DNA of 64,000 nt from Candidatus Omnitrophica bacterium UBA6253 (lineage in GTDB: Bacteria; Omnitrophota; Gorgyraeia; Gygaellales; Profunditerraquicolaceae): the NCBI GenBank assembly GCA_002441245.1, contig DJVP01000008.1, positions 170,540-234,539 of the forward strand, in the 5' to 3' direction. Within the stretch, counting starts at the first letter, position 1; each line of letters opens with the position of its first letter. The notes beneath the pieces were generated by a model, which was not told the origin of the DNA, did not search any database, and saw only the letters and a list, made by a program, of their open reading frames with translations. Positions 40,976-50,864 of this stretch are shown here, in pieces. Both the position numbers and the translations under genes were made by a program.

Positions 40976-42538
40976 ATGGAAATAAATAAGATACTGCTAG
41001 TTAGGCCGCCGCGCTATATGTGGCCTTTTATTAATGAATCGGATAATTTTCTCTTGCCTCTAGGCTTGCCTTGTATTGCCGCTGCCGTACGTAACTCTTT
41101 CCCCGGGATTGAAATAAAGATAATAGATTGTCCGCCGCTTAAAATAGGCTGGAAGAGTTTAGGAAATATCTTAAGAGAAGAGAAGCCGGATATTGTAGGC
41201 GCCGGGGAAGAAGCCCTTTATCAGCATGAGGCAGGCAAGTTATTTGAGCTGGCAAAGGAGATTAATCCGGGAATATTAACTATTGCCGGCGGTCATTTTT
41301 TCTCCTGGATGCTGGAATATAGCCTAGGTAGATATGCGATAGATGTTATTGCTAGGTTTGAAGGGGAGGAGACTATAGTTGAATTAATCAATACGCTTAA
41401 GACAGGAGGCGATTTATCGACGGTAAAAGGAATTTCTTATAAGAAAAATGGGGTTATAGTCAAAACTCCTTGCCGGCCGTTAATTAAAGATTTAGATAAA
41501 TTGCCCTTACCAGCTTACGATCTTATGCCGATGGGTAAATATTCTCCTTTTGGTTATCTTTGGCCCCAGAGCGTTACGCTTGAACATTCACGCGGCTGCA
41601 TCGACAGGTGTAGTTTCTGTTCTTTATGGACATTTTGGGGTAAGCATAATAAGGCGGATATTGATAGGGATGAATTAGACGTAACTCCCAGATACAGGAC
41701 CAAAAGCGTTGAAAGGACGCTTGAGGAGGTTGATATAGTCTATAAAAAATATAACCGGCGTTATATTATTTGGGCTGACCCTACTTTTAATGTTGATCCT
41801 GTTTGGACTGACGCTTTCTGTGAAGGTCTTTTAAGGAGGAGTTATAAGGATTTATATTGGTGGGCATTTATCCGCGCGGATTTTGCCTTGCGGGATGAAC
41901 GTTTAGGCATATTGGAGAAAATGGTGAAGGCAGGCTTGATCCATCCTTTAATCGGCATAGAAAGATGTTGTTCTGAAGATTTAAGAAAAATCAGGAAGTC
42001 GGGTTATACCAGTGAATTAACCAAGGAAATATTTATGATTTTCAAAAAAAAGTATCCTCATGTTTTCAGGCAGGGGACCTTTGTCACCTGCCTTCCTTTT
42101 GATACCCGAAAATCAATGTTGGATTTAGTAAAATATGCCGTTGATATTGATATTGATTATCCGGCTTTTCATCCCGTGGCTCCTGTACCGGGAACATATC
42201 TTTATCAAGAAACAAAGAAGAGTGGATTTATAGATGAAAATGATTTCTCAAAATATGATTGGAGCACTCCGATATTAACTTCGGAAACCGGGATATCCCG
42301 GTCCGAATTCGCCAAATTAAATATCGAGCTTAATAAACGTTACGTACTTTATCGCCCGCATTGGCTGATCCGGGGTTTATTCTCTTCGCATAAACATAAG
42401 CGTGGATTATATTGGTGGTTTTTTATTAATACCCTTAAGGTGATGTCTCTGGAAATATGGGGTATAATTATCGGGAAGAAAAAATATAAGGGCATCACTG
42501 GTTTTATGTATATGAAGAAGCCTAAATGGTATGATTGA
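40976..42538 (+). CDS. class B (B12-binding) radical SAM protein
   Basis: N-terminal B12-binding-like region (LVRPPRYMWP...LGLPCIAAAV..IKIIDCPP). rSAM motif SRGCIDRCSFCSLW. Confidence 0.75.
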   Translation: MEINKILLVRPPRYMWPFINESDNFLLPLGLPCIAAAVRNSFPGIEIKIIDCPPLKIGWKSLGNILREEKPDIVGAGEEALYQHEAGKLFELAKEINPGILTIAGGHFFSWMLEYSLGRYAIDVIARFEGEETIVELINTLKTGGDLSTVKGISYKKNGVIVKTPCRPLIKDLDKLPLPAYDLMPMGKYSPFGYLWPQSVTLEHSRGCIDRCSFCSLWTFWGKHNKADIDRDELDVTPRYRTKSVERTLEEVDIVYKKYNRRYIIWADPTFNVDPVWTDAFCEGLLRRSYKDLYWWAFIRADFALRDERLGILEKMVKAGLIHPLIGIERCCSEDLRKIRKSGYTSELTKEIFMIFKKKYPHVFRQGTFVTCLPFDTRKSMLDLVKYAVDIDIDYPAFHPVAPVPGTYLYQETKKSGFIDENDFSKYDWSTPILTSETGISRSEFAKLNIELNKRYVLYRPHWLIRGLFSSHKHKRGLYWWFFINTLKVMSLEIWGIIIGKKKYKGITGFMYMKKPKWYD

Positions 42539-43701
42539 TGAGAGTATTTAGAAAAGTAATCAACATATTGATTGCAATGTTGCTTATCTTGAGGTCCCCT
42601 AAGGATAAGACTGAAGCTAACAACTTGCCGCTTGAAGAGAATAAATACAGTTCAATTTTGCTGTCACTGGATAAAAAAACAGGTTCAATTATCCCCGCAG
42701 AGAAGAAGGTCATTACTTCTCAGGTAGCAATAGTCAAAGGCAACGATTTATATTCTATTACCAGGAAAGCTATTAATCTTTTGGGAGGGATGGGTACTAT
42801 AGTTAAGAAAGGCGATAAAGTATTTATAAAACCGAATTATGTATCCGGAGGTCTGGATGGGCATGATCCGGTTGCTGCCGGGGAAATAGCCCATCCTGAG
42901 GTAGTGGCTTCGGTGGCTGAAGAATGCATAAAGGCAGGAGCAAAAGAGGTTGTGATAGGCGAGTGGGTTGAACGTCCGGTTAAGATTAATTTTGGAGGTA
43001 AGGAGGGTAAGGAGGGTGCCCAGGTTAAACATTTGATAGACCTTTTAAATAAAAAATACGGGAAGAAGATATTTTTGATCAATCTTATGGAATATACAAC
43101 ACATTTCAGGTATTTTCCATCAAAAACAAAACTAAAATTCCTGGCTATTCCTAACTTGGTGGCCGAGGCGGATGTAGTTATCTCTATACCTTCATTAAAA
43201 ACACATCACAAGCCGTCACCGGTGAGTCTGGGGATGAAGAATTTTATGGGGATTATGCCTTCTGTCTTATACGGCGAACCAAGATATAAACTTCATCAGG
43301 CAGGGTTACATCAGGTGCTTGTAGATATTAATAAGGCTGTGAGTCCGGATCTGGTGGTAGTCAGTGCAGGATTCGGCATGGAAGGAAGAGGGGCTTCTTT
43401 ATTCTTAGGCGGGAAAGCCGTGGATGTGAGCAAAAGAATAGGAGGCGCCTTGGTAATCGCAGGTAGAGACCCGGTAGCGACAGATGCCACGGCAACCCGC
43501 ATGATTACAAAAAACTGGAATCCGCTGCCCGCTGACCAAAATTTAGGAACGCCCTGGTATATTAATCATATTAGGATGGCCTCTGAGCAAGGGTTGGGTA
43601 ATTTAGATAGTTCCAAGATACTGATTTTAGGGGAGCAACTGGATGATGTAAAAATGAATTGGGAATGCTCTGATGATAACGTATACCCGGAATTACCCTG
43701 A
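42535..43701 (+). CDS. DUF362-like protein with N-terminal signal/anchor
   Basis: N-terminal hydrophobic helix, then a DUF362-like pattern KGDKVFIKPNYVSGG ... AHPEVVASVAEECIKAGAKEVVIGE. Family assignment from memory of the motif only. Confidence 0.45.
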   Translation: MMRVFRKVINILIAMLLILRSPKDKTEANNLPLEENKYSSILLSLDKKTGSIIPAEKKVITSQVAIVKGNDLYSITRKAINLLGGMGTIVKKGDKVFIKPNYVSGGLDGHDPVAAGEIAHPEVVASVAEECIKAGAKEVVIGEWVERPVKINFGGKEGKEGAQVKHLIDLLNKKYGKKIFLINLMEYTTHFRYFPSKTKLKFLAIPNLVAEADVVISIPSLKTHHKPSPVSLGMKNFMGIMPSVLYGEPRYKLHQAGLHQVLVDINKAVSPDLVVVSAGFGMEGRGASLFLGGKAVDVSKRIGGALVIAGRDPVATDATATRMITKNWNPLPADQNLGTPWYINHIRMASEQGLGNLDSSKILILGEQLDDVKMNWECSDDNVYPELP

Positions 43702-43702
43702 T

Positions 43703-44635
43703 ATGGATAAGAAAACAATTTTTAGCATAGTTTGTTTTAGTGTCTTCCTATTTAATTTATTGTTAATCCCAGCATACTCCAGCCCTATATTAGTTGTTGA
43801 TGCCAGCAGTTCGAAAGGGAAATGGGGTAAGGGGGTAATTACAAGCAGAGAGGTTTCTTTTACTAACAGTCCATCAATTAAATCTGAAGTTCAAATATAT
43901 ATTGAAAACCCCGGGAAATATCAACTATTTTTGTATGTACATCATAATTACAGGAAAGCGATTCCCTGTATTTATGTAGAGGTTTTAAGCGATGGGGGAA
44001 TTTTATATAATGGTTCTCACCGAATAGAGAATATATGGTATCTCGATAAAGATTCTCCTGGAAGATGGTTTATGGTTTCTTTGACCCAAGAGCCATACTG
44101 GGAATTACCTAAAGGAAAGCTGATTATCCGTTTTTGGGCAGATGCGTTTAAAACAATTTGGGGTAATGGCAAAACTTCAATGGAAGGGAAGATTTCAATT
44201 GATAAGTTTTTTCTTATCCCGGTAGAAGAATCAGGTCCAGGGATGGATTTACCATGGTTTATATCCTCCGGGGCTGGTGATAAAATCCGGGAAATAGTTG
44301 ATTATTATCCGCAGTATGCCTCAGATTCAATCAGGGTGGGTAAAGACAAAAGCGATTTTTTTCTAGAGACCTACATCCCTCAAGCGGGATATTATAAATT
44401 GGGCGGTTCAGTGTTTTCGACAGTAAATAATAATTTAAATATATCGATCAGCGGGGAATCGGACAGGCGGCAGATAAGTATTGCGGTTGCAGGGGCGGAT
44501 ACCTGGTCTTTTATTTATTCAAGCCCCGTATATTTAATAAAAGGCAGGCATGTTTTAGAATTTCTCCCTAGCGGATCAAATGAAATATTAATTGATTTCT
44601 TATTGTTAACCCCCTGCGCTAAAGAAGGGAACTGA
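43703..44635 (+). CDS. secreted hypothetical protein (signal peptide)
   Basis: N-terminal MDKKTIFSIVCFSVFLFNLLLIPAYS signal-like sequence. No recognisable catalytic motif. Start moved to the ATG downstream of the upstream stop. Confidence 0.5.
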   Translation: MDKKTIFSIVCFSVFLFNLLLIPAYSSPILVVDASSSKGKWGKGVITSREVSFTNSPSIKSEVQIYIENPGKYQLFLYVHHNYRKAIPCIYVEVLSDGGILYNGSHRIENIWYLDKDSPGRWFMVSLTQEPYWELPKGKLIIRFWADAFKTIWGNGKTSMEGKISIDKFFLIPVEESGPGMDLPWFISSGAGDKIREIVDYYPQYASDSIRVGKDKSDFFLETYIPQAGYYKLGGSVFSTVNNNLNISISGESDRRQISIAVAGADTWSFIYSSPVYLIKGRHVLEFLPSGSNEILIDFLLLTPCAKEGN

Positions 44636-44639
44636 AAAT

Positions 44640-45812
44640 ATGGAATTAATTCCACCGACTAATTTTGATGATGTTTTAGTAGATGCATTTAAGGCCATGG
44701 GTATTAAAGAGGTTTATGGTAAATTAGCGGTTGATTTTATAGGGGGAGGGAGATTTGCTTCCGGGCTGCCGAATGTAGGCAGAGTAAATTTCTTAAAACA
44801 TATAAAGAAATTAAACGATGCCGGGATAGGTTTTAATTATATCCTTAATGCGCCTTGTTTATCGTCCAGGGAATTTACGCGTACAGGCAGGAGAAGAATC
44901 AAAAAATTGCTCAATTGGCTGGATTTAAACGGAGTAAAGAAAGTCACGGTCGCTATTCCCTATTTACTGCAAGTAATCAAAGATAACTATCCGGATTTTA
45001 AGGTATGCGTATCGACATATGCGCAGGTCGATTCATATCAGAAAGCAAAATATTGGCAGGATATTGGAGCGGATGAAATAACCCTGCTTGATACGTCAGT
45101 GAACAGGAATTTTAAATTATTAAAGGCAATTAGGAGCAAAATTTCTGCGAAATTACGCTTAATCGCCAATACAGGTTGCTTGCATCACTGCCATCTTCTC
45201 CAGTCTCATGCATTATCAGCCTCTCATGGCTCACAGGAATCATATTTTCACAAACCGGGTTTTGCAGTTGATTATTGCGTAATTTGCTGCAGATATTTAA
45301 GGTTGCTTGACCCGGTGAATTTTATACGTTCACAATGGATCAGGCCTGAAGATATCGGCATTTATGAAGCAGAGGGTATTGACGGAATAAAATTAATTGA
45401 CCGGAGATGTTCCGCTGCAACGATAATTGCAATTACGAAAAGTTATTATGAAAGAAAACACCACGGAAACTTATTGGATTTGCTGCCAGCTTTTCACGGA
45501 AAATCACCAAAGAACTTAACCAGCATTTTACTTAAAATAAAATATTGCCTTCATCCGTATGAGAATAACATTTTTAATATATTAAAATTATACAAAACAA
45601 TAGAAGGCATAGATATCTATATCGATAATATTAAACTTGGCGGTTTCCTTTCCGGCTTGAAGTCAAGGGATTGCGACTATTTGGATTGTTCGGAGTGCGG
45701 TTACTGTAATAAAGTTGCGCAAGAAGCTGTCCGTTACGATAAAGATTATATCGATAGAATGTTGAAGGCATATAAAGGCCTGATTAATGATATTGTTAAG
45801 GGTGAACTATAA
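44640..45812 (+). CDS. peptidase U32-family-like protein (UbiU/RlhA-type fold), paralog A of 3
   Basis: Architecture MEL.PP...VYG..GGR...GIGFNYILNA...LLQVIKDNYPDFKV.VSTYAQV parallels U32 (ELL.PAG...GADAVY.G...GVKVYVA.N...FP.LKIH.STQ). Cys-rich segments CLHHC and CVICC replace the canonical PROSITE motif. Confidence 0.5.
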   Translation: MELIPPTNFDDVLVDAFKAMGIKEVYGKLAVDFIGGGRFASGLPNVGRVNFLKHIKKLNDAGIGFNYILNAPCLSSREFTRTGRRRIKKLLNWLDLNGVKKVTVAIPYLLQVIKDNYPDFKVCVSTYAQVDSYQKAKYWQDIGADEITLLDTSVNRNFKLLKAIRSKISAKLRLIANTGCLHHCHLLQSHALSASHGSQESYFHKPGFAVDYCVICCRYLRLLDPVNFIRSQWIRPEDIGIYEAEGIDGIKLIDRRCSAATIIAITKSYYERKHHGNLLDLLPAFHGKSPKNLTSILLKIKYCLHPYENNIFNILKLYKTIEGIDIYIDNIKLGGFLSGLKSRDCDYLDCSECGYCNKVAQEAVRYDKDYIDRMLKAYKGLINDIVKGEL

Positions 45813-45818
45813 TAAAGA

Positions 45819-47000
45819 ATGAAATATTCAGTACCGACAAATTGGCAAGACGAATTAATCGACGGATTAATGCCTGCGGAAGGTTCAGAATTATACGGGA
45901 AGTTAAATAATGATGTTATCGGCGGCGGCAGGGCTTCGGCGCTTTTGCCTTTTGTTTCTGAGAAGACAGCCAGGAGGCATATTAATATTGCGCATCAGAA
46001 GGGGTTCCGGTTTAATTATCTGTTAAACGCAACCTGCCTAGGTAATTCCCGGTATCTTGAATCACATGGAAACAAAATTAAGAGGTTGTTGAATTGGCTG
46101 GTTTCGGCTGGGGTTGACGCAGTCACAGTTTCCTCTTCCTCCATGGTGAATTTAGTACGGAAATATGCCCCGGGATTGGATATCTATGTTTCTGTCCAGG
46201 AAAATATTAATAATGAATTTCAGATAAAACATTGGGATGAAATAGGGGTTGATAAAATTACGCTTTCTGTTTTAGATCTGAACAGGAATTTTGCCTTGCT
46301 CCGTAAGATTAAAGGGAAGACAAGATGTGATTTACAGCTAATTGCTAATTTGAAATGCTTGTTAGGCTGCCATGCCTATCACTGCCATGGTAATTTAAAC
46401 GCGCATAGTTCTCAATCAGGTCATCGGCTGAAAGGATATTTAATCGATTATTACACTTTGAAATGTAACTATATACGCTTTAGGAATCCGGAGGAATTTA
46501 TAAAAAGTCCATGGATACGACCAGAGGATGTCCATTATTACGAAGAAATCGGTATCCATTGGCTTAAATTGGTGGGAAGGGAAATGGAATCGGGAAAAAT
46601 TCAGCAGATATTTAAGGCATATAAAGACAGGCGTTATGACGGGAATTTATTGGATTTGTTCCCGGGCACAGAAAAGAAGTTGGTTGATTTCAAGAAGGTA
46701 GCTCGCCATTTTAGATATTTCTTCCGGCCGCAACATGTCAACATCTTGAAGTTATCCCAGGTGCGTAATATTTTTAAAGAAGATGGGATATATATTGATA
46801 ATAGAAGTTTGGACGGGTTTTTAGAGTATTTCTGGTTTGAAAAGTGTAATTTAATTTGCGGCGCGCAATGCGAATATTGTAAAAAAGTCACGCAAAAGGC
46901 GATAGTCATTAAGCAAGAGTATCTTAAAGAAAGAATCAAAAATAGCGAAACATTCTTAAATAGTCTCATAAACGGATCACTGTTCGATGGCTATTGCTAA
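45819..47000 (+). CDS. peptidase U32-family-like protein, paralog B
   Basis: Same architecture as the 44640 gene, with cysteines CLLGCHAYHCHG. Confidence 0.5.
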   Translation: MKYSVPTNWQDELIDGLMPAEGSELYGKLNNDVIGGGRASALLPFVSEKTARRHINIAHQKGFRFNYLLNATCLGNSRYLESHGNKIKRLLNWLVSAGVDAVTVSSSSMVNLVRKYAPGLDIYVSVQENINNEFQIKHWDEIGVDKITLSVLDLNRNFALLRKIKGKTRCDLQLIANLKCLLGCHAYHCHGNLNAHSSQSGHRLKGYLIDYYTLKCNYIRFRNPEEFIKSPWIRPEDVHYYEEIGIHWLKLVGREMESGKIQQIFKAYKDRRYDGNLLDLFPGTEKKLVDFKKVARHFRYFFRPQHVNILKLSQVRNIFKEDGIYIDNRSLDGFLEYFWFEKCNLICGAQCEYCKKVTQKAIVIKQEYLKERIKNSETFLNSLINGSLFDGYC

Positions 47001-48009
47001 AATTACCCTAACCGTCCCTACTAATTGGCAAGATGATCTGTTGTCGGCCTTCTCGGATAGCAATATCGGCTGCGTTTATGGAAAAATAGGCGGTGATTTT
47101 ATCGGCAGTGGTAGCCTTTTACATGATTTGGGTTTTAAATTATCAAAAAAGGGCATTAGCGACTATATAAAGAAAATACATAAGCAGGAAAAAACTTTTA
47201 GGTATATCATAGATGTCTCCTGTCTCGATAATGCGGAATGGACCCGCGCAGGCCAAAAGCGGATTAGAAATCTATTGGATAGATTATTGTCCTTTGGCGT
47301 TGACTCAGTATCAGTTGCTATGCCGTACCTTGTTGAGTTAATTAAAAGGCAATATCCGAAATTGCTTGTTGAAATCTCTTTGGTTGCCGAAGTGGATAAC
47401 GCCGTGCGCGCAAAGCGCTGGGAGGATTTAGGCGCAGATACAATTACCCTCGCATCTTATAAAATTAACCGCAATTTCCAGTTATTAAAAGAAATTCGTA
47501 ATGCTGTAAAATGCAATTTACAATTAACCGCTAATCAATGCTGCCCTAGTAATTGTATCGATTATGGATTTAATGCTAATTTACTGTCACACATAAAAGA
47601 TAGGGAGCGTCGGGATAATGTAGGCATTCATTGTGCAAGCCAACAGGACCAGCGGGATGCAGGATTTGAAATTATTTCAGCCCAATGGATACGCCCGGAG
47701 GACATTCATTATTATGAAGAAATAGGTATTGATAGTTTGCAATTACTTGATTCCGGTATTGGGAGTAAAGATATATTGAGAATTATTGATGCTTATTCTA
47801 AAAGATTATATCCGGGTAACCTGGCGGAGTTGATCCCTGTTTTTTTGCGCCACACACCTGAGAGGATCTTTATTAACAACTCAGCTTTAGATAAATTTAT
47901 TGGTTATTTTGTCGAAGGAAAGTGCCTTGGTTTATGCGATGAATGTGCATATTGTAAAAATGTTGTAAATAAACTGGTCAGCGCGGATTATTTATACGCT
48001 CGCATCTGA
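46987..48009 (+). CDS. peptidase U32-family-like protein, paralog C
   Basis: Same architecture, with cysteines NQCCPSNC. Overlaps paralog B by 14 nt. Confidence 0.5.
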   Translation: MAIAKITLTVPTNWQDDLLSAFSDSNIGCVYGKIGGDFIGSGSLLHDLGFKLSKKGISDYIKKIHKQEKTFRYIIDVSCLDNAEWTRAGQKRIRNLLDRLLSFGVDSVSVAMPYLVELIKRQYPKLLVEISLVAEVDNAVRAKRWEDLGADTITLASYKINRNFQLLKEIRNAVKCNLQLTANQCCPSNCIDYGFNANLLSHIKDRERRDNVGIHCASQQDQRDAGFEIISAQWIRPEDIHYYEEIGIDSLQLLDSGIGSKDILRIIDAYSKRLYPGNLAELIPVFLRHTPERIFINNSALDKFIGYFVEGKCLGLCDECAYCKNVVNKLVSADYLYARI

Positions 48010-48029
48010 ATTAGCCTTTTCGTGTAATT

Positions 48030-49517
48030 ATGAAGATTTTATTAATCAATCCGATATCCGACGAATATCAGCTCGCCTACTGCTATCAGCGCTTAATGGC
48101 TCCCGTGCCGCCGATGGGCCTATGCTATATAGGTGCTGTACTTGAGCAACAGCATCACCAAGTTTATATAATAGACCAGTATGCCTACAAAATGACTAAT
48201 TCTGCACTAATAAAATCGATACATACTATCCGGCCGGATATAATTGGTTTTTCTTGTTTGACCCCCTGCATTAATAATATTAAAACCCTATCTTCTAAGA
48301 TCAGGTCAATTTATCCTCATATTAAAATCATACTCGGAAATTTACACGCAACAATATTTGCCGAGGATATTTTAAATGAGCGTATTGCCGATATTATTGT
48401 CCGCGGCGAGGGCGAGCTTGCAACAGCCGAAATTGTTTCTGCCGTTGATAAAAATCAAGATATATCTTCTATCCGTGGCATAAGCTATTTTAACCATGGA
48501 TGTATACACCACAATGAAGACCGGACTGATATAGCGGACCTTGATTCTTTGCCTTATCCGTCATGGGATTTGTTGGATTGGAACTATTATAAGAGGTCCC
48601 CAATGCTTGGTTTAAATGAGCCGGCGGTTCCTATACGCGCGTCCCGGGGGTGCTGTTATTCATGTATTTTTTGCGCCCAGGGTAAGATTCATAAAAGTTT
48701 TCGCCGCCGGAACATTGGTAGCGTAATTGATGAAATTGAGTTCGTCTATGAAAAAAACAAAATCAGGAATTTTGTTTTTTGCGACAGTTTTTTCCCTCAT
48801 TCAGACGAAGGTGCTGAGTTATTTTGTGATGGCATCGTATCCCGTGGTTTGCATAAGAAAATTAAATGGTTTACTGAACTTCGTTCCGATGGAATCCGCC
48901 CGGATTTACTTAAAAAAATGAAAGAGTCAGGGTTGTATTTAATAATGTTTGGATTTGAATCCGGGAATCAAAAGATCCTTGATTCTATGAATAAAAGGAC
49001 AAGGATTGAGCAGGCGATTAAAACGATGGGTATTATAAAAAATGAGAAAATATTAACTTTAGGTTTTTTTATGTTAGGTATGCCGGGAGAAACAGTGGAA
49101 AGCTGTAAAGATACAATTGCATTCTCCAAGAAGCTGGATTGCGATTTTGCTAAGTTTAATATTGTTATCCCGTACCCGGGTACAGAACTTTATGATAAAT
49201 ATAAGGATAAAATTAATCCCCGTTGCGGTTTTGATGATTTTACAAGTTGGAATGGGTGGATTTTAGGTAAACGTAACTTGCCATTTATTCCCCAGGGTAT
49301 GACCCAGGAAAAATTATTCAAGATGCAGGCTTTGGGGATGTTCAGCTATTATGTCCGTCCGCGGATTATAATACGATGGATGAAATTAAATACTTTAAAT
49401 ATAGGAGAGATGATTTTTGGCGGTTTTTTCCTTTTTTTTAAAATAGCTCAGATTATGATTAAATCAGGAAGTAGATTAATTAAGCGTATTTTAAGAATTA
49501 CCGCGGTTGATGATTAA
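48030..49517 (+). CDS. class B (B12-binding) radical SAM protein
   Basis: N-terminus MKILLINP...MGLCYIGAVL..VYIIDQ. rSAM motif SRGCCYSCIFCAQG. Confidence 0.8.
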   Translation: MKILLINPISDEYQLAYCYQRLMAPVPPMGLCYIGAVLEQQHHQVYIIDQYAYKMTNSALIKSIHTIRPDIIGFSCLTPCINNIKTLSSKIRSIYPHIKIILGNLHATIFAEDILNERIADIIVRGEGELATAEIVSAVDKNQDISSIRGISYFNHGCIHHNEDRTDIADLDSLPYPSWDLLDWNYYKRSPMLGLNEPAVPIRASRGCCYSCIFCAQGKIHKSFRRRNIGSVIDEIEFVYEKNKIRNFVFCDSFFPHSDEGAELFCDGIVSRGLHKKIKWFTELRSDGIRPDLLKKMKESGLYLIMFGFESGNQKILDSMNKRTRIEQAIKTMGIIKNEKILTLGFFMLGMPGETVESCKDTIAFSKKLDCDFAKFNIVIPYPGTELYDKYKDKINPRCGFDDFTSWNGWILGKRNLPFIPQGMTQEKLFKMQALGMFSYYVRPRIIIRWMKLNTLNIGEMIFGGFFLFFKIAQIMIKSGSRLIKRILRITAVDD

Positions 49518-49572
49518 ATTTTGAGATTGAAGGGCAGCTAAGGTTAACTTGTTTTAAAACGCGGTTTAGTCC

Positions 49573-50424
49573 TCAGTCTTCTAGCAAGTTAGACAATCTG
49601 CCCTTTTTGCCTTTTTCTAAATATTCAGCAATAAGCTTTGTAAAAGTTGCAATCTTATCTTTAAAGAAAATTAATGATAATTCTTTATATTCTTCATAAG
49701 TATGGCTATTAAGGTAATACCAGTGTAACCAAATGTTAAAAAGTATGAATTGAAAACAACGAGGTTGCATCTGCCGGTCTAGTTTTGAACCTTTGACGTT
49801 CTCTGATGGCATCAGGCCGAGCGAATAAAGTTTATATCCGGTTGTTTTTTCCTTCCACCCAGCAGCATGAAGATTGTTTTCTTCACTTTGAAATACAGGA
49901 AGCCTTTCGAGATGCAGTCTGTCTGAGAAGTCAATATCCTGCGGTCCCTCAAACTCGAATACAGGATTAAAATAATTGATTCCAAAATTTAAATACATTT
50001 TCTTAGTCTCATTTATTACACCATCCATTTGATCGGGGAAAAAGTACATTCCCTGGTTTGCTCCGTCACAGGCATAAGTTATATTGTTGCGCAGGCAATA
50101 AATGATGGTGCGGATGTGCATTGTTAATTTGCATAAGCCGCAAGTAGAAAGAAGTGAGAGGCGGTATTTTATCAAATTAGCCAGGAAATTCTCATAAGAT
50201 ACCTTTTTAAATAATTTATCTATCGAAATCGTCGTATGTGTAAATTTATCTTCGCCAAATTTGTCTTTAAGTTTTTTGACATTGATCAGTGGGTTGGTAA
50301 TAGAAAAAAGTCCGAAACGGCGGTAAGTAATTAAGTGTACTTTATCGAATTGTTTTGCCGCGAGGCAGGCAGTGAGTGTTGAGTCTGTGCCTCCGGAGTA
50401 TAGGAGAGCGGTTTCTTTATTCAT
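49573..50424 (-). CDS. PP-loop ATP pyrophosphatase superfamily protein (QueC/ExsB-like)
   Basis: LYSGGTDSTLTACLAA...KVHLITYRRFG matches the SGGxDS PP-loop and the QueC-like pattern. C-terminal cysteines CGLCKL...YCL...ACDG. One of only two minus-strand genes in the window. Confidence 0.55.
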   Translation of the reverse strand: MNKETALLYSGGTDSTLTACLAAKQFDKVHLITYRRFGLFSITNPLINVKKLKDKFGEDKFTHTTISIDKLFKKVSYENFLANLIKYRLSLLSTCGLCKLTMHIRTIIYCLRNNITYACDGANQGMYFFPDQMDGVINETKKMYLNFGINYFNPVFEFEGPQDIDFSDRLHLERLPVFQSEENNLHAAGWKEKTTGYKLYSLGLMPSENVKGSKLDRQMQPRCFQFILFNIWLHWYYLNSHTYEEYKELSLIFFKDKIATFTKLIAEYLEKGKKGRLSNLLED

Positions 50425-50425
50425 C

Positions 50426-50617
50426 TTATTTTTGTTTTTCTGTTCTTGTTTCTTTTAACTCATTGATTATGAATTTCAGGATGATTATATAATTTAGATA
50501 AATGAATTGTGTCATCCAGCCGAGAATCTCGCTGAAAATAATACGCGCACGCCAGGGTAAGATTACGCCAATAGTGCAGATAAGAAAGGCAAGTGATTTT
50601 CTAAAGAAGCGTACCAA
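50426..50617 (-). CDS. small putative membrane protein (63 aa)
   Basis: One TM helix (LAFLICTIGVILPW). Its TAA stop lies 1 nt before the ATG of the PP-loop gene on the same strand, suggesting co-transcription. Weak evidence. Confidence 0.3.
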   Translation of the reverse strand: MVRFFRKSLAFLICTIGVILPWRARIIFSEILGWMTQFIYLNYIIILKFIINELKETRTEKQK

Positions 50618-50864
50618 ATTTTCTCCGTAGCTTGCATTATGATAAACGTTTCATTGGTATTATAAAATACTTACCATTACAAATCAAGCTGTATCAATTT
50701 CTTCATGCAAACTTGAAATTATCAAGAAACTTCTCGATAATTCTGAAGCGATAGCTTATAATAGTAGATACTATTTATACAGTTTGATCGCAAGGTATGT
50801 TTGTATAATGGTGGAAGTTATAGCGTAAATATTAACAATTAATTAGGCGTAACATATTGAAATT

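Noticed and set aside
44640-48009. Assigning the three paralogs as bona fide collagenase-type proteases
   Set aside because: The canonical U32 PROSITE cysteine signature is absent. The overall architecture only resembles U32, so the call is kept at family-like level with hydroxylase and protease functions both open.
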